Below are positions 27,712 to 37,572 of a stretch of DNA of 56,471 nt, one piece after another. The notes beneath the pieces are model-generated. The model was not told the DNA's origin. It ran no database searches and worked only from the letters and a program-made list of their open reading frames with translations. How positions within the stretch are numbered: the first letter of the stretch is position 1; every line of letters begins with the position of its first letter. Source of the stretch: Eubacteriales bacterium (lineage in GTDB: Bacteria > Bacillota > Clostridia > Lachnospirales > JAVBJY01); assembly GCA_031546735.1 (NCBI GenBank), contig JAVBJY010000100.1:1-56471 (forward strand), written 5' to 3'. The position numbers and the translations under genes are program-made.

Positions 27712-27740
27712 TTGACAAAAAAATGAGCGGATGTTACTCT
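27712..27740 (+). promoter_or_regulatory. sigmaA promoter of the NSS transporter
   Basis: TTGACA-N17-TACTCT with TG extension. Confidence 0.6.
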
Positions 27741-27791
27741 ATGGAGCGACAAAATAAGGCAGTATACTGCTATCGCTTAAGGAGATTTACC

Positions 27792-29309
27792 ATGGAACAA
27801 AAACAAGAAGCACGTCAACAATGGTCGTCAAAGGCCGGTTTTATTCTGTCGGCTATCGGCTCGGCCGTAGGACTTGGGAACATATGGCGATTTCCATACG
27901 TTCTTTATTCAAACGGAGGGGGAGCGTTCCTCGTTCCATATTTCGTTGCCATCTTCACGGCGGCGATTCCGCTCTTGATTCTGGAATATATGCTAGGCAA
28001 TAAGATGCGCGGCTCTTCGCCCCTCGCCCTTGCCCGCACGAGAAAGGGCTTCGAATGGATTGGTTGGCTTCCGTCTTTCGTAGCCGGATTTATTGTGCTC
28101 TACTATTCCTCTATTTTGTCATGGGCGCTTAACTACTTTGTTTTTTCATTTACGGGGGCATGGGGAGATGATCCGGATACGTTCTTCTTCCAAAAGTTTT
28201 TGCATCTTTCGGATAATCCATTGCAGATGGGTTCGATCAATGTACCTGTATTGATTGGGCTTGTCATTATGTGGGGGGCATCCTATTTCGTCTGCTCCAA
28301 AAATGTCGACAAGGGCATCGAAAAGGCAAACAAAATATTGTTGCCACTTATGTTTATCATCATTTTGATTATCGTCGCGAAGGGTGTCACCTTGCCGGGT
28401 GCGTCACTGGGATTAAACGCACTGTTCACGCCAGACTGGAACATGGTGCGCGACCCTAAGGTTTGGCTTGCCGCCTACGGCCAAGTGTTTTTCTCACTTA
28501 GTGTTGCCATGGGCATCATGGTGACCTATTCAAGCTATTTGCCAAAGAAGTCAGATCTTGTCAACACGGCGTTTGTTACAGGTCTTGCCAATTCGGCCTT
28601 CGAGTTTACGGCGTCTATCGCTGTATTTGCCATTTTGGGATACATGGCAACGACGCAGGGCGTCGGCGTTGATAAGGTTGTAACAGACGGCATCGGTCTT
28701 GCCTTTGTTGCGTTTCCAAAAGGGTTTAACCTCATGGCAGGCGTCGGCGGTATTCTTGGTATTCTTTTCTTCGCTTGCCTAGTATTTGCGGGCTTTACGT
28801 CCTTTATTAGCTTGTTAGAGGCGTTTAGTGCGCCCCTCATTGAGAAGTTTGGCTTTAAACGCAAAAAGTTGTTAGGGGTAGTTTGCCTTGTGGGCTTCCT
28901 TTTAAGCACGGTGTTTGCTACAGGCGCAGGGTTGTATATACTCGACATCGTCGACTACGTCTGCAACAATTTTGGGCTTGTCGTTTCAGGATTATTAGAA
29001 GCCATCGCCATTGGTTGGCTGTTTGGTGTTTCCTCTTTTCAAGATTACGCCAACCGGTATTCTTATTTTAAAGCGGGCACATGGTGGGTGGTCTGTGTGA
29101 AATTTATTGCACCGATTCCCCTCATTGTAAACTTGACCATGACCATTTTTTCATTGTTCTCAACCGGATACGGCGGGTATAGCGGTTTAGCGCTTGGTCT
29201 TTATGGTGGCGGTTGTATTGGGATTGCCATTATACTTTCGATCATATTCCATAGGGGTATCCCATGGCAAACGGCACTTATTGTAAACGAAATGAATGAC
29301 GAGGAGTGA
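27792..29309 (+). CDS. Sodium-dependent NSS/SNF-family transporter
   Basis: GSAVGLGNIWRFPY, GGGAFLVPY, QVFFSLSVAMG; about 12 TM segments. Confidence 0.95.
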   Translation: MEQKQEARQQWSSKAGFILSAIGSAVGLGNIWRFPYVLYSNGGGAFLVPYFVAIFTAAIPLLILEYMLGNKMRGSSPLALARTRKGFEWIGWLPSFVAGFIVLYYSSILSWALNYFVFSFTGAWGDDPDTFFFQKFLHLSDNPLQMGSINVPVLIGLVIMWGASYFVCSKNVDKGIEKANKILLPLMFIIILIIVAKGVTLPGASLGLNALFTPDWNMVRDPKVWLAAYGQVFFSLSVAMGIMVTYSSYLPKKSDLVNTAFVTGLANSAFEFTASIAVFAILGYMATTQGVGVDKVVTDGIGLAFVAFPKGFNLMAGVGGILGILFFACLVFAGFTSFISLLEAFSAPLIEKFGFKRKKLLGVVCLVGFLLSTVFATGAGLYILDIVDYVCNNFGLVVSGLLEAIAIGWLFGVSSFQDYANRYSYFKAGTWWVVCVKFIAPIPLIVNLTMTIFSLFSTGYGGYSGLALGLYGGGCIGIAIILSIIFHRGIPWQTALIVNEMNDEE

Positions 29310-29314
29310 GAGAG

Positions 29315-29425
29315 ATGACAGTTGGTTCTATCGTGTTTATGTTGTTGGGTTTGGCCATGACATGGGGCGGACTCGCCTATTCACTTATGGTGCAAATTAA
29401 AAACAATCAATCCCCACGCTCATAA
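29315..29425 (+). CDS. MetS-like NSS transporter small subunit (36 aa, absent from the ORF track)
   Basis: MTVGSIVFMLLGLAMTWGGLAYSLMVQIKNNQSPRS: single TM with WGGL, starting 5 nt after the NSS stop. Confidence 0.8.
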   Translation: MTVGSIVFMLLGLAMTWGGLAYSLMVQIKNNQSPRS

Positions 29426-29443
29426 GGGTGTGGTTCTAAAGGA

Positions 29444-29499
29444 AAACAGCAAGCCCATTTGGCAGGAAATAAATCGCTAAATGGGCTTGTTGTTTTTTG
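29444..29499 (+). terminator. Intrinsic terminator
   Basis: AACAGCAAGCCCATTT...AAATGGGCTTGTTGTT followed by a T tract. Confidence 0.75.
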
Positions 29500-29603
29500 A
29501 ATATGTTTTTAATCATACATTCTGTTGCTATCACTGATAGAATGTGTTGAATGTGATGGAAGTGAATCTGTTCTGTGCGTTGTAGTGATAGTAAAACATA
29601 TTC

Positions 29604-29669
29604 AAAAACCCTCCTCTGATTTATTAACAAGGCTCGTAAACCGAGCTAAATCAGAAGAGGGTATTTTGT
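29604..29669 (-). terminator. Terminator hairpin after the rubredoxin-like gene
   Basis: AAAAACCCTCCTCTGATTTA...TAAATCAGAAGAGGGT. Confidence 0.6.
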
Positions 29670-29676
29670 CAATTTT

Positions 29677-30027
29677 CTACCACTTACCAGTTTTCATATG
29701 TCCTGCAATTTCTGCTTTACAAAGCTGTTTGGTGTCCCAAGCAGAATCTTTCAAATAGTCAAAAATCTTTACACACTTGGGGTCAAGGGCTATTTCTAGC
29801 CCTTCTTCACACAATCTAGCCATTTCCATTGACAATTCTATCAACTTGCAATGAATGTCGTTTGTTCTGTCAGATTCAATTACCTTGGCAGACTCTTCAT
29901 CAGACAAGGTCACAAACTTTGAAAAGTCTGCACCGCATTTTAGGCAAGACCCCTCTTTGCCATCCGCCATAATGTGAAGCCCACATACGGAGCAAACCAA
30001 AATCTTATTTTCTATCTTATTTTTCAT
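29677..30027 (-). CDS. Rubredoxin-like domain protein
   Basis: CSVCG...CLKCGA knuckles plus helical C-terminus (RTNDIH, LDPKC, AEIAGHM...KW); AAGGAGG RBS. Confidence 0.8.
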   Translation of the reverse strand: MKNKIENKILVCSVCGLHIMADGKEGSCLKCGADFSKFVTLSDEESAKVIESDRTNDIHCKLIELSMEMARLCEEGLEIALDPKCVKIFDYLKDSAWDTKQLCKAEIAGHMKTGKW

Positions 30028-30130
30028 TGCCATCCTCCTTAAATTTACTCTATGCTGACACTTTTAACCTATCGGCGGCAGGTTGCATTCTTGCCGATAG
30101 CATAATAAGCGCGTCTTTCCTCTATCAGTT

Positions 30131-30835
30131 TTAGTTTGATTTCTTCATTTCAAAAACAATCAAATGTGCATTTTCATTTGCTTTAATCATAATATCTTCT
30201 TCCACAATTTCCATGGCATCTTTAGTTGCTAAAATGTGTTCGCCAATTTGAGCTACGCCCTCAATCAATACAAGGTATGCTTGGCGGCCTGAGGCAACTT
30301 TAAAATCAAGCGCTTTACCCTTTGAAATTTCTGTGGCAAATACATTTACATCGGCATGGATATGGATGGGTGCTGAAGACTCTTTACTACCAGTTGCGAT
30401 TGGCAACCATTTATTTTCTCTATCGGCCCAATTGAATTTATAGTCGCCATAGTTTGGATCATATCCTTCTTTATCAGGAAGAATCCAGATTTGCAAAAAT
30501 CTCAATAGGTGTTCACTTTGATTAAGTTCGCTGTGAAGCACGCCTGTGCCAGCACTCATGTACTGTACTTGGCCACGAGTGAGGGTACGCTTATTTTTCA
30601 TGCTATCCGCATGTGAAAGCTCACCATCTACAACGTATGAAATGATTTCCATATTTTCATGTGGGTGAGTGCTAAAACCTGTGCCTGGTTGTACGAGGTC
30701 GTCATTAACGACTCGTAAGACACCAAACTCCATATTTTCTGGATTGAAGTAGTGTGCAAAAGAAAAGTGATGAATGCTATCTAACCATGACTGCTTTCCG
30801 CTTCCCATTCTCGTGCTGTCGATATAACGTACCAT
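30131..30835 (-). CDS. Pirin-family protein, paralog of 25004-25708
   Basis: Same motifs; 234 aa, aligns without gaps to the first pirin. Confidence 0.93.
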   Translation of the reverse strand: MVRYIDSTRMGSGKQSWLDSIHHFSFAHYFNPENMEFGVLRVVNDDLVQPGTGFSTHPHENMEIISYVVDGELSHADSMKNKRTLTRGQVQYMSAGTGVLHSELNQSEHLLRFLQIWILPDKEGYDPNYGDYKFNWADRENKWLPIATGSKESSAPIHIHADVNVFATEISKGKALDFKVASGRQAYLVLIEGVAQIGEHILATKDAMEIVEEDIMIKANENAHLIVFEMKKSN

Positions 30836-30885
30836 ATAAATTCCTCGCTTTGCAAATTTTTTTATTGTGATTTTTTCATGTGCTA

Positions 30886-30954
30886 AGTATAATAAACTTT
30901 GTTTATAAACACAAATAGGCACAATTTTGTGTGGTAGGTACCAAATAGTAACCA
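30886..30954 (-). promoter_or_regulatory. HxlR-type operator + promoter of pirin 2
   Basis: Minus strand TGGTTACTATTTGGTACCTACCACACAAAATTGTGCCTAT (32/40 identical to the 24881 site), then TTGTGT-N17-TATACT. Confidence 0.78.
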
Positions 30955-31090
30955 TGAGGGAAGCTGAAATAAATGGATGAGAAAAGCACATTACGTTGTG
31001 CAGCACTAGTGGATAGTATGCACAATTGGGGCGCTCAATATCAAAAAACATTAAACAAGTTCTTAGCGGTAATATCTATCAAAGTATAAT

Positions 31091-31159
31091 CGGTTACAAA
31101 TTAGTAACTATGGCACGTATTTGTGCGTAATTGCTTTTTGTTCTGTTCCTTAGTATACT
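31091..31159 (+). promoter_or_regulatory. HxlR-type operator + promoter of the BFD-like gene
   Basis: CGGTTACAAATTAGTAACTATGGCACGTATTTGTGCGTAA, then TTGCTT-N17-TATACT. Confidence 0.72.
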
Positions 31160-31213
31160 CAAAGATATCGGTTTAAAATCATCGGTAAATATATTAAAGC
31201 GGAGGAAACAAAA

Positions 31214-31393
31214 ATGAACAAAGAAGATTTAGTATGCGGATGCATGAAAGTAACAGTAGGCGACATTGAAAAGGCAATTGCTGATGGGGCAAAAAGCTTT
31301 GAAGATGTTCAAACAGCTACAAAAGTAGGCACTGGCTGTGGCGCATGTGTTGGCAAAAACAGAGCATTTGTTGCAGAGCTGTTAGCAAAATAA
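31214..31393 (+). CDS. BFD-like [2Fe-2S]-binding protein (59 aa, absent from the ORF track)
   Basis: MNKEDLVCGCMKVTVGDIEKAIADGAKSFEDVQTATKVGTGCGACV...: CxC...CxxC pattern; GGAGG RBS. Confidence 0.9.
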   Translation: MNKEDLVCGCMKVTVGDIEKAIADGAKSFEDVQTATKVGTGCGACVGKNRAFVAELLAK

Positions 31394-31546
31394 AGATGTC
31401 TAAGCAGGATGCTACACCATAAATTCTTAATATTTGAAGTGTATGCCGAATACAATGTACGATAGATACGCTACTTTGCCAGCTGATATTTGATGCAAAA
31501 TGAGATGGAAAAGGTAGGAATAAATATCGACTTGGGAGGATACGCA

Positions 31547-33262
31547 ATGGCGACACAACAACCATCTGAAGCGCTATCAATCGAAGAATTTATAGCATTG
31601 CCCAATACAATCGACCTTATTTTTCAATACACCAGAGCACTTCAACAATACGTAGACAATAGGCCGTATCTGCGTCTAGGAAAGGTGGTACGCGATTATG
31701 CGATTGTGTATACCCAACAAGAAAATCTACAGACAATTTTAGATGAATTAGGAGAAAGCGGCGTAAACATCATGCCTATGGTGATGGGGCTTTTGGGGCG
31801 ACAGGATTTGGATGAAGCGGGCATTACACAGGTACAAGATCAGCCCTACCTGAATCTAAAAGGACAAGGTGTTTTGATTGCCTTTGTCGACACGGGCATC
31901 GACTATACCAATCAAGCGTTTCGCTTTGAAGATGGCACAAGCAAGATTCAATATATCTGGGATCAGACGATCCCCGGAAACGCACCCGAAGGCTACTATT
32001 TCGGAACAGAATATACCAATGCCCAAATCAATGAAGCGTTGCAATCGGAAAACCCGTTTGCCCTCGTTCCCACGCAGGATAATGTAGGGCACGGCACTTT
32101 TCTGGCATCGGTTGCGGCAAGCCGCGAGAATAATGCATATATTGGCGCCGCGCCTGATGCACAGTTAATCGTTGTAAAGCTCCAAAAGGCCAGATCATTT
32201 TATTTAGAGTATTACCTTGTACCCCAAGACCAGCAAAATGTCTATGCCTCAAGTGATCTGATGCTTGGGCTTCAATATATTTTGGAGAGAGCGTACGAAT
32301 TAAGGCAACCGACCTCCATCGGCATCAGCATCGGAACCAATTTGGGCGGTCATGATGGGTTGGGTAATTTAGAAACATATGTAACAACCTTATGCGGGTT
32401 ACAAGGGGTCGCGGTCAGTGTTGCCCCCGGAAATGAAAGCGCCATGAAGCACCATGTATCAGGGGTTATCGAAGAGGCGGGAGACACGAAAGACATTGAA
32501 ATAAGAGCAGGCGACAATGGGGCGCCGATTTTTATGAATCTGTGGACGCCCGCTTCTGATAAAACCTCTATCGCTGTGACTTCGCCCACGGGCGAAGTGA
32601 TCAACCGCATCCCATTTAAGCCGGGCACGACGCTCGAATCAAAGTTGGTTCTCGAAAAAGCGCGTGTCATTGTTAGCTATGTGTTTCCTGTCGAAGGATC
32701 TGGAAGCCAGTTAACGATGATAAAGATTATAGATCCAACACCCGGTGTCTGGAAAATCACGATATTTGGGGATAATATCATCGATGGAACCTACCACGCG
32801 TGGTTGCCACTCACCGGCTTGGTCGACCCGCAGATTGAATTTTTAGAGCCCGATCCAGAGTATACGATCGTCGTACCGGCAACCGCCCTAGGCACAATCA
32901 CAAGCGGTGCCTATAATAGCCAAGATAATAGCTTATATATATCTTCGTCGCGTGGCCCCACAAGATTGCCGGCAGGCGCGCCTGTTATGGCGGCGCCTGG
33001 CGTCAATGTATCAGGTGTTTTCCCCACTGGCTATGGCACGATGACAGGCACCAGTGTGTCAGCCGCCATAACAGCCGGTGCCTGTGCGCTTGGTCTTCAA
33101 TGGGGTGTCGTAGAGCGGACTGAGATTTCAATGACCTCGTTTCTACTGCGGTCTTACTTTATCAAGGGCTGTATCCGTGATCCTCAAATCGAATACCCGA
33201 ACAACCAGTGGGGATATGGCAGATTGAATTTAATCAATACATTTAATCAAATGGGGGAGTGA
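31547..33262 (+). CDS. Csp-type subtilisin (S8) germination protease
   Basis: Triad motifs VDTGID, HGTFLA, GTSVS; WDQT; jelly-roll insert; WGYGRL; GGGAGG RBS. Confidence 0.88.
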   Translation: MATQQPSEALSIEEFIALPNTIDLIFQYTRALQQYVDNRPYLRLGKVVRDYAIVYTQQENLQTILDELGESGVNIMPMVMGLLGRQDLDEAGITQVQDQPYLNLKGQGVLIAFVDTGIDYTNQAFRFEDGTSKIQYIWDQTIPGNAPEGYYFGTEYTNAQINEALQSENPFALVPTQDNVGHGTFLASVAASRENNAYIGAAPDAQLIVVKLQKARSFYLEYYLVPQDQQNVYASSDLMLGLQYILERAYELRQPTSIGISIGTNLGGHDGLGNLETYVTTLCGLQGVAVSVAPGNESAMKHHVSGVIEEAGDTKDIEIRAGDNGAPIFMNLWTPASDKTSIAVTSPTGEVINRIPFKPGTTLESKLVLEKARVIVSYVFPVEGSGSQLTMIKIIDPTPGVWKITIFGDNIIDGTYHAWLPLTGLVDPQIEFLEPDPEYTIVVPATALGTITSGAYNSQDNSLYISSSRGPTRLPAGAPVMAAPGVNVSGVFPTGYGTMTGTSVSAAITAGACALGLQWGVVERTEISMTSFLLRSYFIKGCIRDPQIEYPNNQWGYGRLNLINTFNQMGE

Positions 33263-36190
33263 CGCGTGGGGTAGCTGTGCATGATAGGTGCCGTTTACAA
33301 TCGTTTCACCATGTAGAATAAATGTCCATATGCCGGGGGTTGGGTCTTTCATCCGAATGAGTGTAAGTTGGTCGCCACCCCCACGTCCGCTTTCTTCCGC
33401 TGATATGGTGCAACTCACACTGATCGTGGTCTTGTCAGAACGCAAGGGGAAGCTCTTGGTGCAAGTGTCTTGAACAGAAATTTTTTTGAGAGACGCCCCT
33501 GTCGGGGAAACAATAGAAACGGATATACTGTCGGGCAGATGCGTCCAAATGGACACACTCAACCCTCTCTCTCCCTCTGCCACATTCACTTCAAAACGAG
33601 AGGTGCTATTTTCGGCTAAAATTCTTCCGGACGTATGATGAGAGGAACCTCCCTCATGCCCAACTTGTGGGCGGGCGACTGCCGTACAAAAAGAAGTGGG
33701 CATCATGAGCGTGACGCCTTTGCCGAAAATATACTCTGCTGACTTTGCAATATCGATGGATTCGAATATCGCGATATTGCGATCAAAAATCATATACTTC
33801 TCTTTTAAATATTGCTTTGCCGATTTCAGTTTCACAATAATCAATTCGTCATTCGGTGTCACACCAGCCACAAAAACCCCGTGCCCGTTTTCATCACGGC
33901 TTGACATGACGCAGATTGGAGTATCTGATCTTCGCGCTTTGTTCATTTGTTCTGCGATATACTCTGTGCCATAACCAAACCCGACGGGGGGATGATTGGT
34001 GGCAACCGTTTGATCCCACAAAAACTTTATTTTTGTTGTGCCATCTTTGTTCATAAAAGCGGGATGCGTATCGTCGATGCCGGTATCTGCAAAACCAACC
34101 AAGACACCGTTTTCGGTCAGCCCAAGGTTGGGGATGGTTTGTACCGGTGATAGGCGGTTGGCACCTAGCGTGGCGTCTGTTATAAATGTCCGTAAAGTCG
34201 GATCAGAATAAACGGCGATGCCCTGTAGTTTATCCAGGAAAACATCAAGGTCGGTTCGTTTCATATAGACAACGGCTTGGCTTGAATCGGACATGCCAAG
34301 CGCGACGATATCGTCCGTGGCAGTGATGATTTGTTGTGACGCCTCATTTAGCTCGACGATGAGATCGGCATAGTCATTTGACATGATTTTTTCTTCTGGC
34401 GTGAGCGGTTGTTCACTCCTTGCAATAGATCGTTGTGCAATTGCGACTGGTTGGATTTTTTGAAATGTGTCATACAAACAGAGCTGACCGTAGCCCCATT
34501 CTTTGTTTGGATAGACACGAGAGGGGTCACGCCTTGCGCCTGCCCGCAAATAAGATTTTAGCTTTTGCCCATATAGATTTGGGTCGTTGTCTTTCACAAT
34601 GCCCCATTCTAAAAGCAATGCAGAGGCCCCTGTTACATGCGGGGCCGCCATGCTCGTGCCGGTAAGCGCATCATACCCGCCCCCTGGAACGGTAGACAGG
34701 ATGTTCACGGCAGGCGCAACCAAATCGGGCTTTACAAAAACGTCGTTTCTGGTATATCCCCGCCCTGAAAAATCGGCAAAGCTATTTGTTAAATGGTTGT
34801 AACCACCAACGGAAATGACGCTTGCCGCAGTGGCGGGCAACGTCATTGTCGTCTCTAGGGTGGGGGTTAAGAAAGCGGTTTTGTCAGACACAATCTCAGT
34901 AATGGGGAGCCAAATATGATAAATACCATCCACGCTCGTGTCCACATGAAATTGTATAGACCATATGCCCGCGCTTAAAAAAGAGTCGATGGGCAGGATG
35001 TCTATAAAAATGTCTTGGTCACCATTAAACGGCGTGGGTTGACCAAAATAAATATAAACGTTGTGGTTGCCCAGTTTATACTGCAACCGAGAGGTTTGAT
35101 AAGGGATAACGCCTGTGGAATCCCCACTAGGAGAAATAATCTCGATATTGAATAAGTCGACATACGATTTCCAAATGTCTACAGACAAGGAGGACAACCC
35201 CTCGGCGGTTACAAATTGCACGGTTTCCAGTTCAATGCCGCCAACGGAACCGCTTACGTGATGGGCGGCGGCACCCTCGTTACCAGTTGCAACCACAATT
35301 GCATTTTTCCAACGTACACTCATGTCGTCTAGGTATGTTTCAAAGAGCGATTTTCCATCATGGGGGCCGTCATTTGTGCCATAACTGATGTTGATCGCGA
35401 TCGGTGCGTTCAGCGCTTCTGCTTTTTCAATCACATATTTTATGGCGCGCATAAGCTCTGTGGTGCGGGCGAACGATTCACGCAACCCCAATTTCACGAT
35501 GATAAAGGCAGCCTCGGGTGCAACGCCTACATTTTCGCCTTGGCTTGCGTTGCCATTTCCGCCCGCGATGCCCGCTACGTGGGTGCCATGACCGGCGGTG
35601 TCAACATGGGGCACGAGTGCCAATCTTTCTTCTTGCGTTGTCTTTGCCAGTGCTTCATTTATCGTATCGGTTGTATATTCATACCCCGATCGAAACCCGG
35701 TGGGTGGATTGCCCTCTATCGTTTGATCCCAAATGTAAAGGATTCGCGATGTTCCATCCTCATTGATAAAATCGGGATGCGAATAGTCGATGCCAGAATC
35801 GATGATGCCCAGTATCGTGCCGCGTCCTTTCAACATGTAGGGTGGATACGTTTGAACGGGTGTAATGCAGGCCTCTCTTAAATTGTCAGCCGCCATATAG
35901 CCCAAACGCTTTGGCTTTTCTATATATTCTACTTCTGTATACTGTGCAAATTCTTCTATCTTGTCTTCTGGAATCGTTACAATTGCGTAGTTTTCCGTCA
36001 GTATTTCTGCATCTGCCCCTAGCGTATCCGTAATGGCAACGAGATCCCCATGATACTTTACGATAAGCGTCCATTGCCTTGTCTGTGTGTCATAACTGGC
36101 ACTGGCGGAAGAACTTTTATCCCTGTCAATCGCCGGGACGTCAAGCAAAGCACGGAGGGAGGCGTCAACTTTTGGGTTATCGGTCGCCAT
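33230..36190 (-). CDS. CspBA-like tandem S8 protein: intact first protease, degenerate truncated second domain
   Basis: Domain 1 IDSGID/HGTHVAG/GTSMA; domain 2 keeps DTGID and HG but has internal deletions and ends before the catalytic-Ser region. Confidence 0.85.
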   Translation of the reverse strand: MATDNPKVDASLRALLDVPAIDRDKSSSASASYDTQTRQWTLIVKYHGDLVAITDTLGADAEILTENYAIVTIPEDKIEEFAQYTEVEYIEKPKRLGYMAADNLREACITPVQTYPPYMLKGRGTILGIIDSGIDYSHPDFINEDGTSRILYIWDQTIEGNPPTGFRSGYEYTTDTINEALAKTTQEERLALVPHVDTAGHGTHVAGIAGGNGNASQGENVGVAPEAAFIIVKLGLRESFARTTELMRAIKYVIEKAEALNAPIAINISYGTNDGPHDGKSLFETYLDDMSVRWKNAIVVATGNEGAAAHHVSGSVGGIELETVQFVTAEGLSSLSVDIWKSYVDLFNIEIISPSGDSTGVIPYQTSRLQYKLGNHNVYIYFGQPTPFNGDQDIFIDILPIDSFLSAGIWSIQFHVDTSVDGIYHIWLPITEIVSDKTAFLTPTLETTMTLPATAASVISVGGYNHLTNSFADFSGRGYTRNDVFVKPDLVAPAVNILSTVPGGGYDALTGTSMAAPHVTGASALLLEWGIVKDNDPNLYGQKLKSYLRAGARRDPSRVYPNKEWGYGQLCLYDTFQKIQPVAIAQRSIARSEQPLTPEEKIMSNDYADLIVELNEASQQIITATDDIVALGMSDSSQAVVYMKRTDLDVFLDKLQGIAVYSDPTLRTFITDATLGANRLSPVQTIPNLGLTENGVLVGFADTGIDDTHPAFMNKDGTTKIKFLWDQTVATNHPPVGFGYGTEYIAEQMNKARRSDTPICVMSSRDENGHGVFVAGVTPNDELIIVKLKSAKQYLKEKYMIFDRNIAIFESIDIAKSAEYIFGKGVTLMMPTSFCTAVARPQVGHEGGSSHHTSGRILAENSTSRFEVNVAEGERGLSVSIWTHLPDSISVSIVSPTGASLKKISVQDTCTKSFPLRSDKTTISVSCTISAEESGRGGGDQLTLIRMKDPTPGIWTFILHGETIVNGTYHAQLPHASLPHLIKCID

Positions 36191-36207
36191 AAAATCACCC
36201 CAACCTT

Positions 36208-37485
36208 CTACACCAATTCTGCTAACTTCTTTACCGCCACGTATATATCTGATATTTTATACCAAGTCGCCGAATTCACGACACCTGTCTGTGGTAGATT
36301 AAAAACCTTTTGGAATGCCTGCACCGCGGCTTTGGTGCCATTGCCATAAACACCGTCTACCACCTGTTTTGGAATCGCCGGGAAATTGTTTGAAATCCCG
36401 TTGAGTTGGGTCTGGATGGTACGCACGTTGTTGCCCCTAGAACCCACTTGTAAGGTGCTGCCAGGGTAGGAAGAAGGAATCCCCGACACCTTGGTGGCAC
36501 TGGTGAGATAAACGTCCGGCCCGTAGAAACTTCTTAAAATATCGATTGCGGGAAGGCCTTTGTCACCAAGATTTTTTGAACCCCACTGTGTCATCCAATT
36601 TGGACAAGACGTTCTCACGCCGTCACAATATTGGGTGAAAAGCGGCTGGCGTATGCCCGGCCTTGTAATATAGGTGGTAAATATTTCATCCACAATAGAG
36701 GATACTTCTTGATAAATATTGCGACCATAAAAAAACGCATGATCATATGCAGTTGAGTTTGTGATCGTGAAGTTTTTTCCTTTTCCCCGATACCATTCTG
36801 TGAATACTCGATTTAGGGTGAAAGAGAGAATGGCCAATACATTGGCGCGGATGGTGCTTTCGGGCCATGTGGCATAGATCTCGCTACAGGCTACATTTGT
36901 AATATAGTCTTTAAATTTAATATAATAATTTTTGGCTGTGGTGTCACTTGGAACGCCCATGTGCACGACAATGATTTCTGGAATCACAGGTCGGTCTAGC
37001 ACAACATAACCAGATGATTCTGGAAGGGGTTTTACTTCATCTTCAGGGATTTTTGGCGGGAATACACCATACAGCGTGTGTTCGTCGATTACGATTGTGA
37101 TCGGCTGTCTGGATAAAGTGGCGAGAGGTTGTAGCCTGATTTGCTGTATGGCCATTGTATTGCTCAGTATTTGGACGCCTTCGATGCGCATCGGCTCATA
37201 GCCGTCGGCTGTAACATCCAAGGTGTATTCACTGTAAGGCCTCGGCTGTTCGGGCTGTAGCGAATATTCAATCGGTGGACTATCCAGGTCTAAGATGGCG
37301 GTTTGCCCGGATTCATTTGAGATGAGTTCTTCAATTGTATTGCCGCCTTCCCTTGGTGTAACCCGTATAACGGCATTTGGGACAGGCACGCCAACGTCAA
37401 CGCCAAACACTTGGGCTTGCAATTGACCAGTTGGGGTCAGGACGGGGTCTGCAAATCTGCTTGATAACAGCTCAGGAACGTACAT
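36208..37485 (-). CDS. sleC: Spore cortex-lytic enzyme
   Basis: FKDYITNVACSEIYATWP, ITNSTAYDHAF, QYCDG, MTQWGS, plus C-terminal peptidoglycan-binding domain; adjacent to csp genes. Confidence 0.88.
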   Translation of the reverse strand: MYVPELLSSRFADPVLTPTGQLQAQVFGVDVGVPVPNAVIRVTPREGGNTIEELISNESGQTAILDLDSPPIEYSLQPEQPRPYSEYTLDVTADGYEPMRIEGVQILSNTMAIQQIRLQPLATLSRQPITIVIDEHTLYGVFPPKIPEDEVKPLPESSGYVVLDRPVIPEIIVVHMGVPSDTTAKNYYIKFKDYITNVACSEIYATWPESTIRANVLAILSFTLNRVFTEWYRGKGKNFTITNSTAYDHAFFYGRNIYQEVSSIVDEIFTTYITRPGIRQPLFTQYCDGVRTSCPNWMTQWGSKNLGDKGLPAIDILRSFYGPDVYLTSATKVSGIPSSYPGSTLQVGSRGNNVRTIQTQLNGISNNFPAIPKQVVDGVYGNGTKAAVQAFQKVFNLPQTGVVNSATWYKISDIYVAVKKLAELV

Positions 37486-37572
37486 GTTGTTTCCTCCAAT
37501 ATAGAAGTGATTGCTACATCCTATGTCATGGTTTTGTCTTTTGATACCGCTGTAACTGCGTTACGCAGTAGA

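Noticed and set aside
30836-31051. N-terminal extensions of ORF-track calls (pirin 2; also glpK, cellulase, MCP, acyltransferase)
   Set aside because: They run through promoter/operator DNA; paralog alignment or RBS position supports the shorter starts
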